Of a stretch of 64,000 bases of DNA, positions 36,192-48,626 are shown in pieces. The stretch is from Oikopleura dioica (taxonomy: Eukaryota; Animalia; Chordata), in the NCBI GenBank assembly GCA_907165135.1, contig OU015567.1:2914001-2978000 (forward strand). Direction: 5' to 3'. The position numbers and the translations under genes were made by a program. Each line of letters starts with the position of its first letter. Positions within the stretch are counted from its first letter, which is position 1. The notes below the pieces were generated by a model that was not told the origin of the DNA, did no database searches, and was given only the letters and a program-made list of their open reading frames with translations.

Positions 36192-37887
36192 ATGACGCTT
36201 CACAATTTTGAACCTCCTCTTCTCAGCGAAAATTTGTACAGCCGATTGTATGACTTGCATTTTTTGACCAGAGAATTTGGATATTTTTCGCCTTTTCAAA
36301 ATGGACGATATTTGGATAGTCCCAACCAGATTTCGAATTTGTTCGAGTTTTATCGAAAGCCTTGGAATACTTTTCAGAGAAGACGAATTCAACATGAAAG
36401 ATTTGATTTCGACGGGGAAGAAATAATTCTGGAAGACGAGAAGGAAGACTTTTATGATGCATTTTTCGACGAGCAAATAGAAGACAAAGAAGAGAATAAG
36501 CATGAGGATCATAAAGAAGAAAACAATAACTTTGAATTTATTGATGGGCCCGAAGACAATCTTGTTAATCGGTTTGCGGAAAATATTTTTGAGAAGATTT
36601 CGGCCTGGGAAGAGAAAACAAAAAGAGACAAAATCATGAAAGAAAAAAAGATGAGAAATAATATTGTCGAAATTTTACGGGACATAATCCTGAACGAGCT
36701 GAGATACAAGTCATTCTTTCAATCACAACAAACAACAAAATCGACCTTTTATCGTCAAGAAGATGGAAGATTCATTGTCGCCGAAGAAGCAGAAAAGATT
36801 TTGAGCAACAATCAAAAAGATGTTGAGAGACAACAGGACATAAGCGCCAAAAAAACTCCCCTTGAAAAATATGTCGAAAAAGATGAAGAAAATCGCGAAC
36901 ATATAATTTTGATCTCAAGAGATGAACGCAAAGAGTCAGAAGATAGAAGAAGGATCGAACGAACAAAAAGATTGATGGCATTATTAAAAATTTTGGAGTC
37001 TTTTTCTTATGGGCTTGTTATGTCACTGTCGATTTGTTATGATGTCACCATGCAGTCGTCAATCCTAGTTTTTTCCTTCTTTTTGGGTAAAAACAAGATT
37101 TATGTTTTTTTTGTGGCTAAACGTTATTCTTAGGTGTCTTGATGATTTTTTCTGCTGCCTTTTTCAAAGGTATGTCCTCTGGAAATGAAGCAATTCCATT
37201 CTCTTGTGACAAAGAAGTCGAGTTTGTCGAAAATATGAAAATTAAAAAAGAAGAAAAAGCACTTGTTCTCGACAAAAAGTCAGTTTGCCCGAATGTCAAC
37301 ATCAGTGATGAGAAATTAGAAACAGATGAAGAAGAAAATTACGACTTCTGGTGGGACACAATCAAGTTGGATCTTTCATTTGAGCAAAAGATGGAGATGA
37401 ATCATCAGATGATCGACTCCGGCGTTTTCGACATGGACTTTCAAAAGGCTGCTGTCGAAGCGCCCTCTATGACTTTGGAACGAAAGGGATCTGATGTTAC
37501 AATCTTGTGCTTCGAAGAAAATATCCACATCGCCTCCAAGGCCGCAGATGTCATTTTTGAAAGGCATCAACTGGAATGTGACCTTATCAAATTTTCAAAA
37601 ATGGATTCTCAAGGTATGATGCCTCATGAGCTTTTACATTCTTTTCGAAGGGATGGAGTTGATTCTCCAGTCGCTGCAAAAGACGAAACATTTGGTAGTG
37701 ATCGAAGATGAGTGGTCAAACACTGGAAACGAAGTTTTTATGGCGATAAGGGATTGTGAAGGCTACAGGTATGCCTGAAGTACTAGAGACGGGGGAAGCT
37801 TATAATATATGCTTCATGAATAAAACCATAATTAGTTTCTACTGCGAAAGGAAGACTGGATACGGAAGGATAATCAAAGTCAAGGAA
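36192..37887 (+). CDS. Hypothetical acidic/charged protein
   Basis: 313-aa and 190-aa open exons (36192-37133, 37139-37711) plus short 3' exons; no motif recognised; ends approximate. Confidence 0.5.
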
Positions 37888-38206
37888 TAAGAACGAGATC
37901 TTGAAGCCTCACTGAAGCTCTCTGTATAAATACTTCAATAAAAAAAGCTGCAAGATATTTAATAAAGTCTTATTAATTCAAAAAGACCCAAATTAATTTA
38001 ATAAATTCAAAAGAAAGAGAGTGATTAAAAAAATACAGAAAGGATGAATTTTATTTCAGAAAAAATATACAATGAAAATATAGAGAGAGAGGGACTCATG
38101 CAGTCTGGGCATTTTACTATCGATAACTTTGGCAAAATTTTTTACAAGTAAATGAGCGATTCTGTAAGTTTCTTAGAGACCATGGTGCTTTTTGCTGCTC
38201 GTCAGT

Positions 38207-40164
38207 TTATTGATATATCTTCAAAGGGGCTTTAAAATGTTTCGCTTTCACAAAACGCATTTTTAAAAAATTTTTCAACCCCTTCCTATGAAATATGCTT
38301 TTTGCAGGACTCATGGTGAGCTTTAACTTCGGAAAAATCGCATTACTATCATCATCGGAGCTTAATCCAGAGTCTGATCGTTTTGACTCGTCCGAATCAT
38401 CATCGGAGATCACGGAACTGATAGTCGATTCTTGTTCTTCTGAATTGTCCGCCACATATCCGGATGGGTTCATCGACTATCAGCGAGTTAAGAAAAAAAA
38501 AAAAGAAAAATTTCTCATTTTCCAAAAATAAAATTTCAGAATTCTTGGGACTCAGGTTTTGCTTAACTCTAAACTGAAATCGCCACATGTCCCGGCACAT
38601 ATCGGAGATGTTGCGCGTCGCTTTCCAGTCGAGATCTTTTAGCGCCTTATCGGGAGCACACCATAACCAAGCTACATCTCCGGCTCGGCGTTCCACAGTT
38701 ACTTAAAAATTTCATTAAAGAAACGCCCCCCTGGAGCTGTACCTGTAGGAATCGGTCTTCCAGAAGCTTCCCTGAACGCATTGACAAGCTCAAAAACCGA
38801 GGTGCCTTGTCCTGTTCCGAGATTGTAGCTTTCAAAACCGCGCGACGCAGTGTCGAATCTCTTCATCGCTGCCAGGTGCCCCTTTGCCAAATCCACCACG
38901 TGAATGTAATCTCTCATTCCTACGACGCAACTCAGTGAGCATATCCAGAAGTAACCTTACCAGTTCCATCATGCGTTGGATAGTCGTTTCCAAAAACGTT
39001 GAGGTGCGGTCTTCGGCCAATAGCAACTTGACTGACGTAGGGCATCAGATTGTTGGGAATTCCTCGCGGGTCTTCGCCGATCAGACCGGATTCGTGGGCG
39101 CCAACGGGGTTGAAGTAGCGGAGATTGACGACGGAGAGATTCGAATTGGCAACACAGGCGTCGGCGAGAATTTCTTCGACATGCAGTTTCGATCTTTTTG
39201 AGTTTTTAAAGAGCTCTTTTAATGAAAATCATTTCAGCTTTCGAAAACATTCCTTGCATAAGGATTGGTGGTTCCGCCTGTCGGTGATTCTTCTGAAAGG
39301 GGCAGATCATCAATTGTTTTTGCTGGCTGATAAACTGTTGCTGAAGAGCTAAAGATGATATTTGTACAGTTAGCTCTCTCCATTGCTTCTAACAGTGCGA
39401 CGGAACCACCCTGGTTCACGCGATAATAGCTTGTTTTTGGTTTTAAAAATCATGATTGGTTACGTGAAAATTAGTTTTATGATCGGTTTAAAACCCTAAC
39501 TAAGCGGTTTTTCTTTCGATTCTCCAACAGCTTTGAGTCCTGCGAAGTGAATGACGGCGTGTTTCTTTGAATGACCAAAAGCAAAGTCCAAGTCTTGTGG
39601 ATCCGTAACATCTCCAAGGACAAATTTTAGCCTCTTCGCGGCAATTGGTCCAACGATTTGTTGCACGCGTTCGAGGGAAGGAGGAATGCCACCAGCTCGT
39701 GTTGGAGGAGCGGTGTTACTGCAATCGTCGATAACTGTCACGTGATGGCCGGCTTCCAGGAGCTCGACAACTGTGTGAGAACCGATAAATCCTGCGCCAC
39801 CGGTTACTGTGAATAAGGTTTGAAAATGGTCGATAGCTGCGTTATTTCTGGAGAAAAAACTACGGTACAAAGAACCCTAAAAATGTTCTCCATTTTTTCA
39901 AACCGGGCCTAAAATTTCCATTTCGGAATCCGGAAACACCATTTCTTTCAAAATCTCTTCCGATTCAGGATCTTCTCTGTCCGATTCAACTATTTTTTCA
40001 AGTTCTTGCAGGATCTCCTCTTTGTGATTCAGAATCTCTTTTGAAGGTTCGGATTTTACGATTTCATCAGTTGGTTCATCGGCAGAAGCAGCAGGCGGAG
40101 TAACGAAAAGGAAAAGTAGAAAAGCGGTTGAGGCGCTCAAGAGTCGCGACCCATGAGCCTTCAT
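38207..40164 (-). CDS. GALE: UDP-glucose 4-epimerase family protein with predicted signal peptide and extended C-terminus
   Basis: [40 protein letters not shown] (YxxxK), [55 protein letters not shown]. Confidence 0.93.
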
Positions 40165-41139
40165 GATGATCTTCTGTTAATGAGAGCCTGATGATAAGTT
40201 ATTAAAGATAAGGAAGTCGTGCGAGCATGAGTACTTGAAATTATTACGTAGCTTTTTCTAGTTGACAATTATACGTAGGAAGTAGGAAGAATTCTTAATT
40301 GGATTTAATAGAAAAAATTTGCGTCAATTGCGATTAAGAAATTTGACTTTTAGTTTCTAAATAATTATTTGAAGTAAATTAAAGTTTCATTTTCACAGAG
40401 TAAACTAAAGGGTTACGGAATGTCAATTTTTTGTCAAAAAATCGATTTCTTATTGTATTTTGGCAATGAAAAACTGAAGTAAAAAAGGGATGATACTTTG
40501 AAAGTGAGTCATTTTCTTTAGCACCTTTTCGTTGATTTATTTGCTCAACATATTTGAAGGCTTTTCTCTTTATATGAATCTTACTTTTTTGTTGTTTTCG
40601 TTCAAGAATTAACGTCTCTTAGCAAGACATTTATGAAAATTTCTCCTCAAGTCACTTCAATTCAAATGTAGTCTGAGTTCGATGCCCTAGGGCGCGACGG
40701 GTTATCAGTTAAAAATGAAAATCTTGGTCTTTTATTAACTCTTGGTTAGGAGTAAACATAGCGTTTTTGATAGAGGAAGTGAGCAGAACTGCGTTAACAA
40801 TGATTTTTTTGCTTCATTGGGCAATCAAATTTTTCGTTTTTCTAAAATATTATCAAATGATTGTCGTTTTATAAAGAATAATTATTAAGGCTTTTATCAG
40901 AAACCAGCTTGAAAAAAGGAATGACATCTTCAAGTCATAGTTTTTGTACCGAATTGCTCGTATAAGCCGTTGAACTTCCTTGAAAATGTGTCCCTGAGTT
41001 GGATGATATTTACGCTTGTCAAATCGAATTATTCAGAAGTGTCAGGCATCGTGAATTTTGCTCCTCTAAGAGCGAAAGATCCCGATATAAATGCCAGGAT
41101 CAGACTAAATCTTATCTAATCACAATTTTAAAAGAAAAA

Positions 41140-41980
41140 TGAGCGACAGGATGCATGTATTATCTCGGCTTCTAGTGCTTCGGTTTTCAAGTTGAGCACT
41201 TGTTCTCAATTATTCAGTGTCTTCAACTGTACCGAGCGTTTGATTTTCCCGAGAAAAGACAGGTAAAATGAGAGGAAGAATATTTCTTTTTATTTTTCTT
41301 TTCGCGATTTCTTATGGAAAAGACGATTTTAGGTCGGGATTTTAGAGACGGAAGATGAAATTGCTATATTTAAAGCTTTTTAATACTCTATGGCTTCTTT
41401 CATTCAAAATAATCATAGATTGAAAAGACAAGTGATCTTATGGTTTTTCTTTACTCTATTTTTTTTTCTCTTATTAAATTCCTTGACAGCAAAGAATGGA
41501 AAACGATCGAAGAACTCGGATCCTTTCTCACTGTTCTTGAGCGATGCAACTGCTCGAGTCAAAAACTCAGCGACCAACTAGCCCAAATCAAGGGCCAGGA
41601 AGATCTCCTCGGATGCGATTGCTGCTGGAACGGGCCCTTAGGAACTGCCTGTCTTTGTCCAACAAAACTCAAGTTCAAAAGTAAATTCATCGAGCTCAGC
41701 TCATGGCTTCTCAAACAGAAAAAACGTAAGGCAGACGGAAGAGAGCCGAACATGATGAATTTTGAAGCGGCGGAGAAGTCACTGGCGTATAACATGGGTG
41801 AGTTTATTTTTTTTTTCTAAAGGAAATTCATGTCGGGTTGCTCGGTGTACCAGTCGGCGAAGAGATTCAGAAATTGGTCGCATTCGTTGTCACTTGAGAA
41901 CAAATTCATTCCTTCGCCGGAATCGAGCACTTCTGCAAAGCGTTAAATCTTTTTTTCAATATCAACTCACTATTTAATTT
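41140..41980 (+). CDS. Hypothetical Cys-containing protein (fragmentary)
   Basis: Exon KEWKTIEELGSFLTVLERCNCSSQKL..GCDCCWNGPLGTACLCP..AYNMG|gt; flanking exons unclear. Confidence 0.35.
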
Positions 41981-42285
41981 TGCTTTCAAGCAGGCTTGTC
42001 TCAAGTTGTTCATATCATACAAGTTTAATCCCTTTACAATTGATAGTAAAATCGAAAAGATCATTTTTTGCTTTGTTTTTGATGGCTTTGGATACGGCTG
42101 TCTTGTTTATATAGCGCTCCAGAAGAATTAAGAATGAATGTATTAATTTCTCGGTACTTATAGAGAGCTGCTCGGGTTCAAGCCGTTGAACCAGTACCAA
42201 GTCAATTTGGCAAGAAGCATCTAGATAATAGAAAGTTCATTGAACTTGCTTCTGAAGTTCATTAATTCAGGGCAACTGTACAACT

Positions 42286-43244
42286 TTGGTCTCGAGACGA
42301 AAAATCGCGGCGAATGCTTCCGTTGTCAAGCCGCCTCCAAAACTTGCGAAGCTCGACCAACATTTTTTCAAAGCAGGCAATCTCGAAACGGACGACTCGA
42401 CGACTTCTCCATCGAAACTTACCATGTTTCTCCTACAAGCATTTCTTTTGGCAAAGAATTCACGACAATTCTAGTCCCAACGAGCAAAATTAAGTTCCAA
42501 GGCCCACTGGTACGGATTAGTTTATCTATATCTGAAAGTGAAAAATTAAGGACGAATTGGAATTGGCCTTGGAACAAGAAAATCAAGCATTTTTCGATTT
42601 TGATCGAAAATCAAAAATGATAAAGAAATCTGGGGCTCAAGCGATTGGAAATGTCGAAGGGATGAAAGCTTTTTCTGGGCGGCATTCGAGGACGATGAAA
42701 AACAACGACGACGAATTCGAACTGGGTTAGCATGAATTGACTCGAAGGATAATTATTTTTCTTCAGTAAAATTTCCGGAAAAGCTTTTGAAAATCATGAC
42801 CGACGAGTTAATTTCTCCGCAAAATGCCCTTTCCTTCGACCGAGCAGGAGCTAATCGAGAAGAACTGATCTCCGGAGAACGAGAAAAGCCTCTGAAACGA
42901 TGTCTACCACTTCTAGTGCCTTTGAGGAGAACGATGAGGACTTGGGGAGTCAAGGAGAGAATGAGATGTGCTGATCCTTTTGGAGAGTTTTCTAATTTCG
43001 CGCAAATTATTCATTGAGCATTTAAGTTCTTATCTGTCTATTGCAGATTGTGCTGAAGACTTTTAAAGTTCGTTCAATGTTGAATGTTGCTGTTGAGAAC
43101 CCTTACTTCATCCGAGCGGTTTGGCAAGGCGAAAAGGTACTTTCTTGTCGATCTCCCTCGATGATGGGTCTTTTTAGAATTCTACTTTTCCGTATCGCCA
43201 TCCTTGCGTCATCCAGCTCCGACTTTCAGGGATTCGAATTATGA
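42286..43244 (+). CDS. Hypothetical protein (fragmentary)
   Basis: Open segments 42286-42474, 42787-43017, 43041-43244 separated by intron-like AT-rich gaps. Confidence 0.3.
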
Positions 43245-44308
43245 AATTGTAACACTCTTACTGTTCTTTCAATGAAATTCTTTAAATTATTTAAAATATA
43301 ATTTTGCTGTCTTAAATTATTCGTCCGCTTCCAATTTTAGAATCGCTTTCATAGATCCAGGTATCAAGCAAGACAAGTCCTTAAATGCCCTAGCAGATTG
43401 AGTCAATAAATCTGCAGTTGTCAACAAATCATTGATCATGCAGTCACTTTAATTGTCAATACCATCACTCAACTAATTATTTGCTCGCCCCAGATACCAA
43501 TGTTTCCGGAGATACTTCTGGCGGGGGAATCAGCCGATACAGATGATAACGTAAAAGTCTGTCTTTGTACAGTAAGTTTGACAGTTAACTTAAAAAGGAA
43601 ATGACGAGGAAACGGTTTGACTGGGACATTTTTTGACGAATGAAATAAATTCATGCGTTACGAACACTAAGTAAAGTCAAGTTTAAAGACAAAGAAATCA
43701 GACAAGTTGTGACCCGATTATAAAATCAACATTTGAAAGAATAAAAAAAAATAAATTGCGAAAAAGGCAACCAGAATTTGCTTTGATCATGAAAAACCCT
43801 GGAAATTCTAATCAGAACTATTTTTGAAGATCTTGACAGTGAGGAAGTTTTTGACACAGTCCAAATACAGCTTCGAATAAACTGTCAAAACTTTGTATTC
43901 AAAACTTTTTTGGGGTATTCTCAAAATTTGCTACTGTGTCAAATATTCATAAAAAAGAGAAAAATAAAAAAACAATTTTTTTTCATATAACATAAAAAAA
44001 ATCAAGCAGACAACAATCTTTGATTTCCAAAACACCAGAACTGCAAATAGCCCTGATCAAATCTATCAGAACAGATTGACCAGATTATCTTAACTTCAAG
44101 GACTTCCACAGGGGGCGCGATGTCGGGTAAGACAAGATTCCCGTGACAGGAAGCAAGAGTTCAAATTTTCCTATTTTTCCTCAGTGAAAGAGATAGCTAA
44201 GCCTTGTGAAAAAATAGGCGTTGCTTTAAAAAATGACGGTTTCGAGAAACCGTCGAATCGTAAGCAAGTTTTTGCGCAGGTATTATACCCGTTAAATTTA
44301 TTTTCTAG

Positions 44309-46886
44309 GCGCAAGCAGTGGCAGTAGGAGTATCACTTGTTGCTCTGAGCTCCACCATCACATCGCCGATCCTTTATGGAAAGTACGAATTGAATGACGA
44401 GGGCGACACGAACGTCTGCTCTGAAAATCCTTGCAAGAACAATGGACAATGTTCAATCGACGGAGATGGCTACATTTGCGCATGTAACGAAGGCTTTTCT
44501 GGAGCAAACTGCGAGATCAACCCTTGCGATCAAAGTCTTTGTGTAAACGGAGAATGTTATGCTGTTGATGATGAAAATTTTGCTTGCAAATGTGACGACG
44601 GATTCTCTGGAGATCTATGTGAAATCACTCCTTGTTCCAATAATCCTTGTCAATATGGCACTTGTGAAATTGTCAACGGAGAATACAGCTGCAGCTGCAA
44701 TACTGGTTTCTCTGGCAAAAACTGCACAATCGATCCTTGCTCGGGGGATATTTGTCAGAATGGAGCGATTTGTGATTTTGATAAAGATGATGGGACTTTT
44801 ATCTGTAAATGCTCGCCTGAATTCACAGGGTCGTTATGCGAGAAAGAACCTTGTGCGTCAAAGCCGTGTTTGTATGAAGGCGTGTGCTCAGTTTCTGGAG
44901 ATGGCTACGCTTGTCTCTGCCCGGGCGGTTTTTCCGGAGATAACTGTGAAATTACACTATGCACGAACAATCCATGTAAGAATACAGGAGAGTGTCTGAT
45001 CGAAGGAAATTCTTACACATGTCTCTGTCCTCCCGATTTTTCCGGGAAGAATTGTGAAACAACACCATGTGATCATGATCCCTGCGAAAATGGAAAGTGT
45101 ACCATTGAAGATGGAAACTGGTACTGCGATTGTGATGATGGATTCGGTGGGGATTTTTGCGATAAAAATATTTGCGACAGTGGAGTTTGCAAAAATGACG
45201 CCAGTTGTGTCTATGACGAGGAGAAAAAAGAATACGAATGCATTTGCAAGGAAGGTTTTATTGGTCAACACTGTGAAACTGAGCTCTGCAATCCAAATCC
45301 TTGCATGAATGGCGGAAGTTGTCACGTTAACGGGACCTCATACGATTGCAGCTGTCCTCAAGGATTTTATGGTGAAAATTGTCAGAAAACCCCTTGTACA
45401 AATAATCCTTGTGAAAATGCTGGAGAATGTACTTTTGATGAAAATGGTTCGTTCACATGCTCATGTAAAGATGGTTACAGTGGAAGCCTCTGTGAAATCG
45501 ATCCTTGTTTCGATCATGAATGTGTTTTTGGCAGTTGTCAAGTTGACGGAGCTGGTTACATTTGTAATTGCGATTCTGGATATTCCGGAGAGTTTTGTGA
45601 ACTTGATCGTTGTCATGATTATCCTTGCGAAAATAACTCCACCTGCATTTTGCATGTTGACTTTGCAGAATGCGATTGTCTTCCGGGCTTTTTCGGAGAT
45701 TTTTGCGAAAAAGACCATTGTTACAACAATACTTGTGAAAATGGAAGATGCGAAGCTGGAGAAGACTCGTATACATGTGACTGTCGCATTGGCTTTTCAG
45801 GGGAATTTTGTGAGATAACTCCCTGTGACAAGAAGCCCTGTGCTTATGGAGAGTGCAGTTATTTTGGTCCAATTTGGTCGTGCGAGTGTCCAACTGAGCT
45901 ATTTAGCGGCAGAGATTGTTCAATTACTCCTTGCAATAACACAAATCCTGACCTTCCCCCAGCATGTTTCAATGATGGCGAGTGTAGTATGAACGGCGAT
46001 GATTTTGTATGCAAATGTCCCGAGTTCTACACTGGGGAAAGGTGCGAAACGTTTCCTTGCATGGATCGGCCTTGCCAAAATGGCGGAGCATGCCAGAATA
46101 CCGGGGATGACTCGTTCACGTGTGAGTGCCCTGAAGATGTTACAGGCGATTTGTGTGAGAACTTGCCTCCAGTGACAAACACTTGCTTCAATACCGAATG
46201 TGATGGTGTTTGCATAGAGATGGATGATGGACCAAGATGCTTCGAAAATCAACTTGTGGGATTTTGGAACAACAACAACAATGAGGTTAGTTTGTTAATA
46301 TTCTTTAATTTTCTTAAAAATTCAGCATTCTGTAACGTGCGGAAACGCCTATCTTCCTTATATGCTCACCACACCCGAGATTGAAGTTCATCATATTGAG
46401 ATTGAGCCAACTTACAAACTAAATGAGTACTTTATCAATACACATGGTTGTGGAGCGCAAGGCAATTGCCGAGCAAGTTTTGCGAAAGGTAAAAGTCTTT
46501 ATTTCGCGTACACTGTCTATAAAAAGATATGCTCGAGATCGGCGATGAAGTCAAACACGAAAATGAGGGAAAAACGGGATTTTTGCAAACTTGGAAACTT
46601 GAAAAAGCATGCAACGTTTGTTAAATTATGGATAATGAATTTAATATGAACTCTTTATAGGAACCAGATTGTCAAGATTTTTGGATTAAAACGACAGTCA
46701 ACAACACTAATGGTACGATTTAAATTTTGTTTGAAATTATTCCGAGATTTAGGAGTTGAATTGGCTTGGAGAGGAGAAGAAAAAATGTTTTTATCAATAA
46801 AAGTATTGCCGTTTAATGAAAATGACCCTCAATTTCAATGGACTCTTGTGACTAATGAAACTGCTAACTTCCCCGAAATGCATTAA
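44309..46886 (+). CDS. Protein with 16 tandem EGF-like repeats and a non-EGF C-terminal region
   Basis: 688-aa ORF with regular six-Cys units ending G.F/YSG..CE; hydrophobic stretch AVAVGVSLVALSSTITSPILY before the array; short 3' exons end ..NFPEMH*. 5' exons unresolved. Confidence 0.9.
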
Positions 46887-47215
46887 ATTTAATCGTTTTC
46901 AACATGTCAACCGATAATAAATGTTTTTTTTTGAAAAATCCACCGTCAATTCAGTCAAAATCAAACAGCGCTATCAATAAGCGGAAAGGAAGCAGGTGAC
47001 GCTTTGTCTCGTTACAAGACGCAAAAACGATAAAACTTCACTTTATTTCTTCGCTTCTTATTCGGATAATCAAATTTCAAGCAAATAATCCCTTCTCTGA
47101 CAAATTCCAGTGTTTAGCCCTGTCCTTGGCCCGCGGCGGTTTTACCCTGAGCCCGGCTCCGGGGTCACCGTAACTTCATAAAAATCATTTTAAATTTACG
47201 CTCCCTAAATAAAGG

Positions 47216-48510
47216 ATGAGTCTAGCAATATTTTTCAGTGATAAGAGAAATTTCGTAATCACAATTTTATCAATCACACTATTTTATATTTTCATTTGCG
47301 AAAGTTCTTTAGAAGAAATTTCAAGTAAAACATTTGATGCCGAGAATTTATCAACAGCAGAAGAAGGTTTGAAATCGAAGTTTTCATAAGGAAAAATAAA
47401 AAAGTGTTTTAGAAAGTTGTGTTCTGAAAACGAAACTTGCTGATTTTGATGAATTGCCGTTAATAATTTTGACGAGTAATCCTGGAAGCGGGAACACTTG
47501 GTCCAGATTGTTGATTGAAACTGCGACGGGGTATTATTCTGGCTCAGGAAAGGGATGCAAGATTGCTTTTTCCACATTTTGTTTCGATTATTTTTGTCCC
47601 GAAAAAGTTTACAATGAGTTAACAATGTTCAAAAACGGCTTCATCGGCGAGCTAGAACCTCCAACGAGTGGCAGAACCGTTGTTGTAAAAAGCCATTCTA
47701 ACTCGAATTCCGAAAATGCAGATGGGATTGTCATGGTGATAAGAAACCCGTACGATTCGTTCAAAGCAGATTTTAACCGGCAAATGAGCTCAACGCATAC
47801 CGGACAGGTTGATCCAAAGATTTATAATAAGACCGAGTGGGAGCAGTTTATTGAACGTAAGTCGCGAATTTCACGATGAAAATTTAATAAAAATTCTAGC
47901 TCGAGCAAAAAGATGGGCTTCTTCCGTATCCTGGTTCCCAAAATACGCAAAAGAGGTCAATATTCCAATCAAGACAATTTTCTACGAAAATCTTTTGCAG
48001 GGTAAGTCATCCCGAAAATCAGCAAAACAAGCTGAAAAACCTTCAGATTCGTCGAAAGAGATGAGTAAATTTCTCGATTGGTACAGCGACAACTTCCAAA
48101 TTGAAATTCCTGATCGAGAAAATCGACTTTCCTGTATGTCCGAAAGCCAAGGAGCGTTTTATCGAAAGAAAGAGCCGCTGAAATTCGAAATTTTCAAGCC
48201 GAAAATGAAAACGACGGTCAATTATTACATCAAAAGAGTTATTGTATGCCAAAACAGAAACGTTAATTTGAATTTATTCAATTTTCAGAAATTCTACGAA
48301 GAAAATAACTTCGAAACCGGCTTGCTCGAAACCTATCTAAAAGACACCGACGAAGAAGAAGACCCAGAAATTCTTCATGATTACGAAAAATCCGATGAGC
48401 GGCGGCAAAAACACATGATTGCCTCGATAGACGAAAAAGTAGAGTTGAGAAAGCTCAACAAGATCAACCCGCTTCATATTTATTATAGAAGCAATCCAAT
48501 GCTCTGCTGA
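47216..48510 (+). CDS. WSCD-type sulfotransferase (type II membrane; no WSC domain seen)
   Basis: TM FVITILSITLFYIFIC; 5'-PAPS loop LTSNPGSGNTWSRLLIETATGYYSGS, VVVKSH, 3'-PAPS motif MVIRNPYDSFKADFNR, as in WSCD1/2. Confidence 0.85.
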
Positions 48511-48626
48511 GAGTCCTAAATTATCTTTATTCTTCAATTTTTTGTATTAAATATGATATAGTTAACGCAGTTATCATTTCAATCTCTTGGATCTTTTTTT
48601 ATTGTTTCCTTAAAATCGCCGTTGCG

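Noticed and set aside
35712-36512. 266-aa minus-strand ORF, as possible transposase or gene
   Set aside because: Antisense of a coding exon plus repeat-derived sequence; no DDE or other motif.
38207-40164. Bacterial horizontal transfer or contamination as origin of galE
   Set aside because: The gene has several spliceosomal introns and sits among host genes; origin would need a phylogeny.
44559-46252. Several alternative-frame and antisense ORFs over the EGF exon
   Set aside because: Shadow ORFs without motifs.
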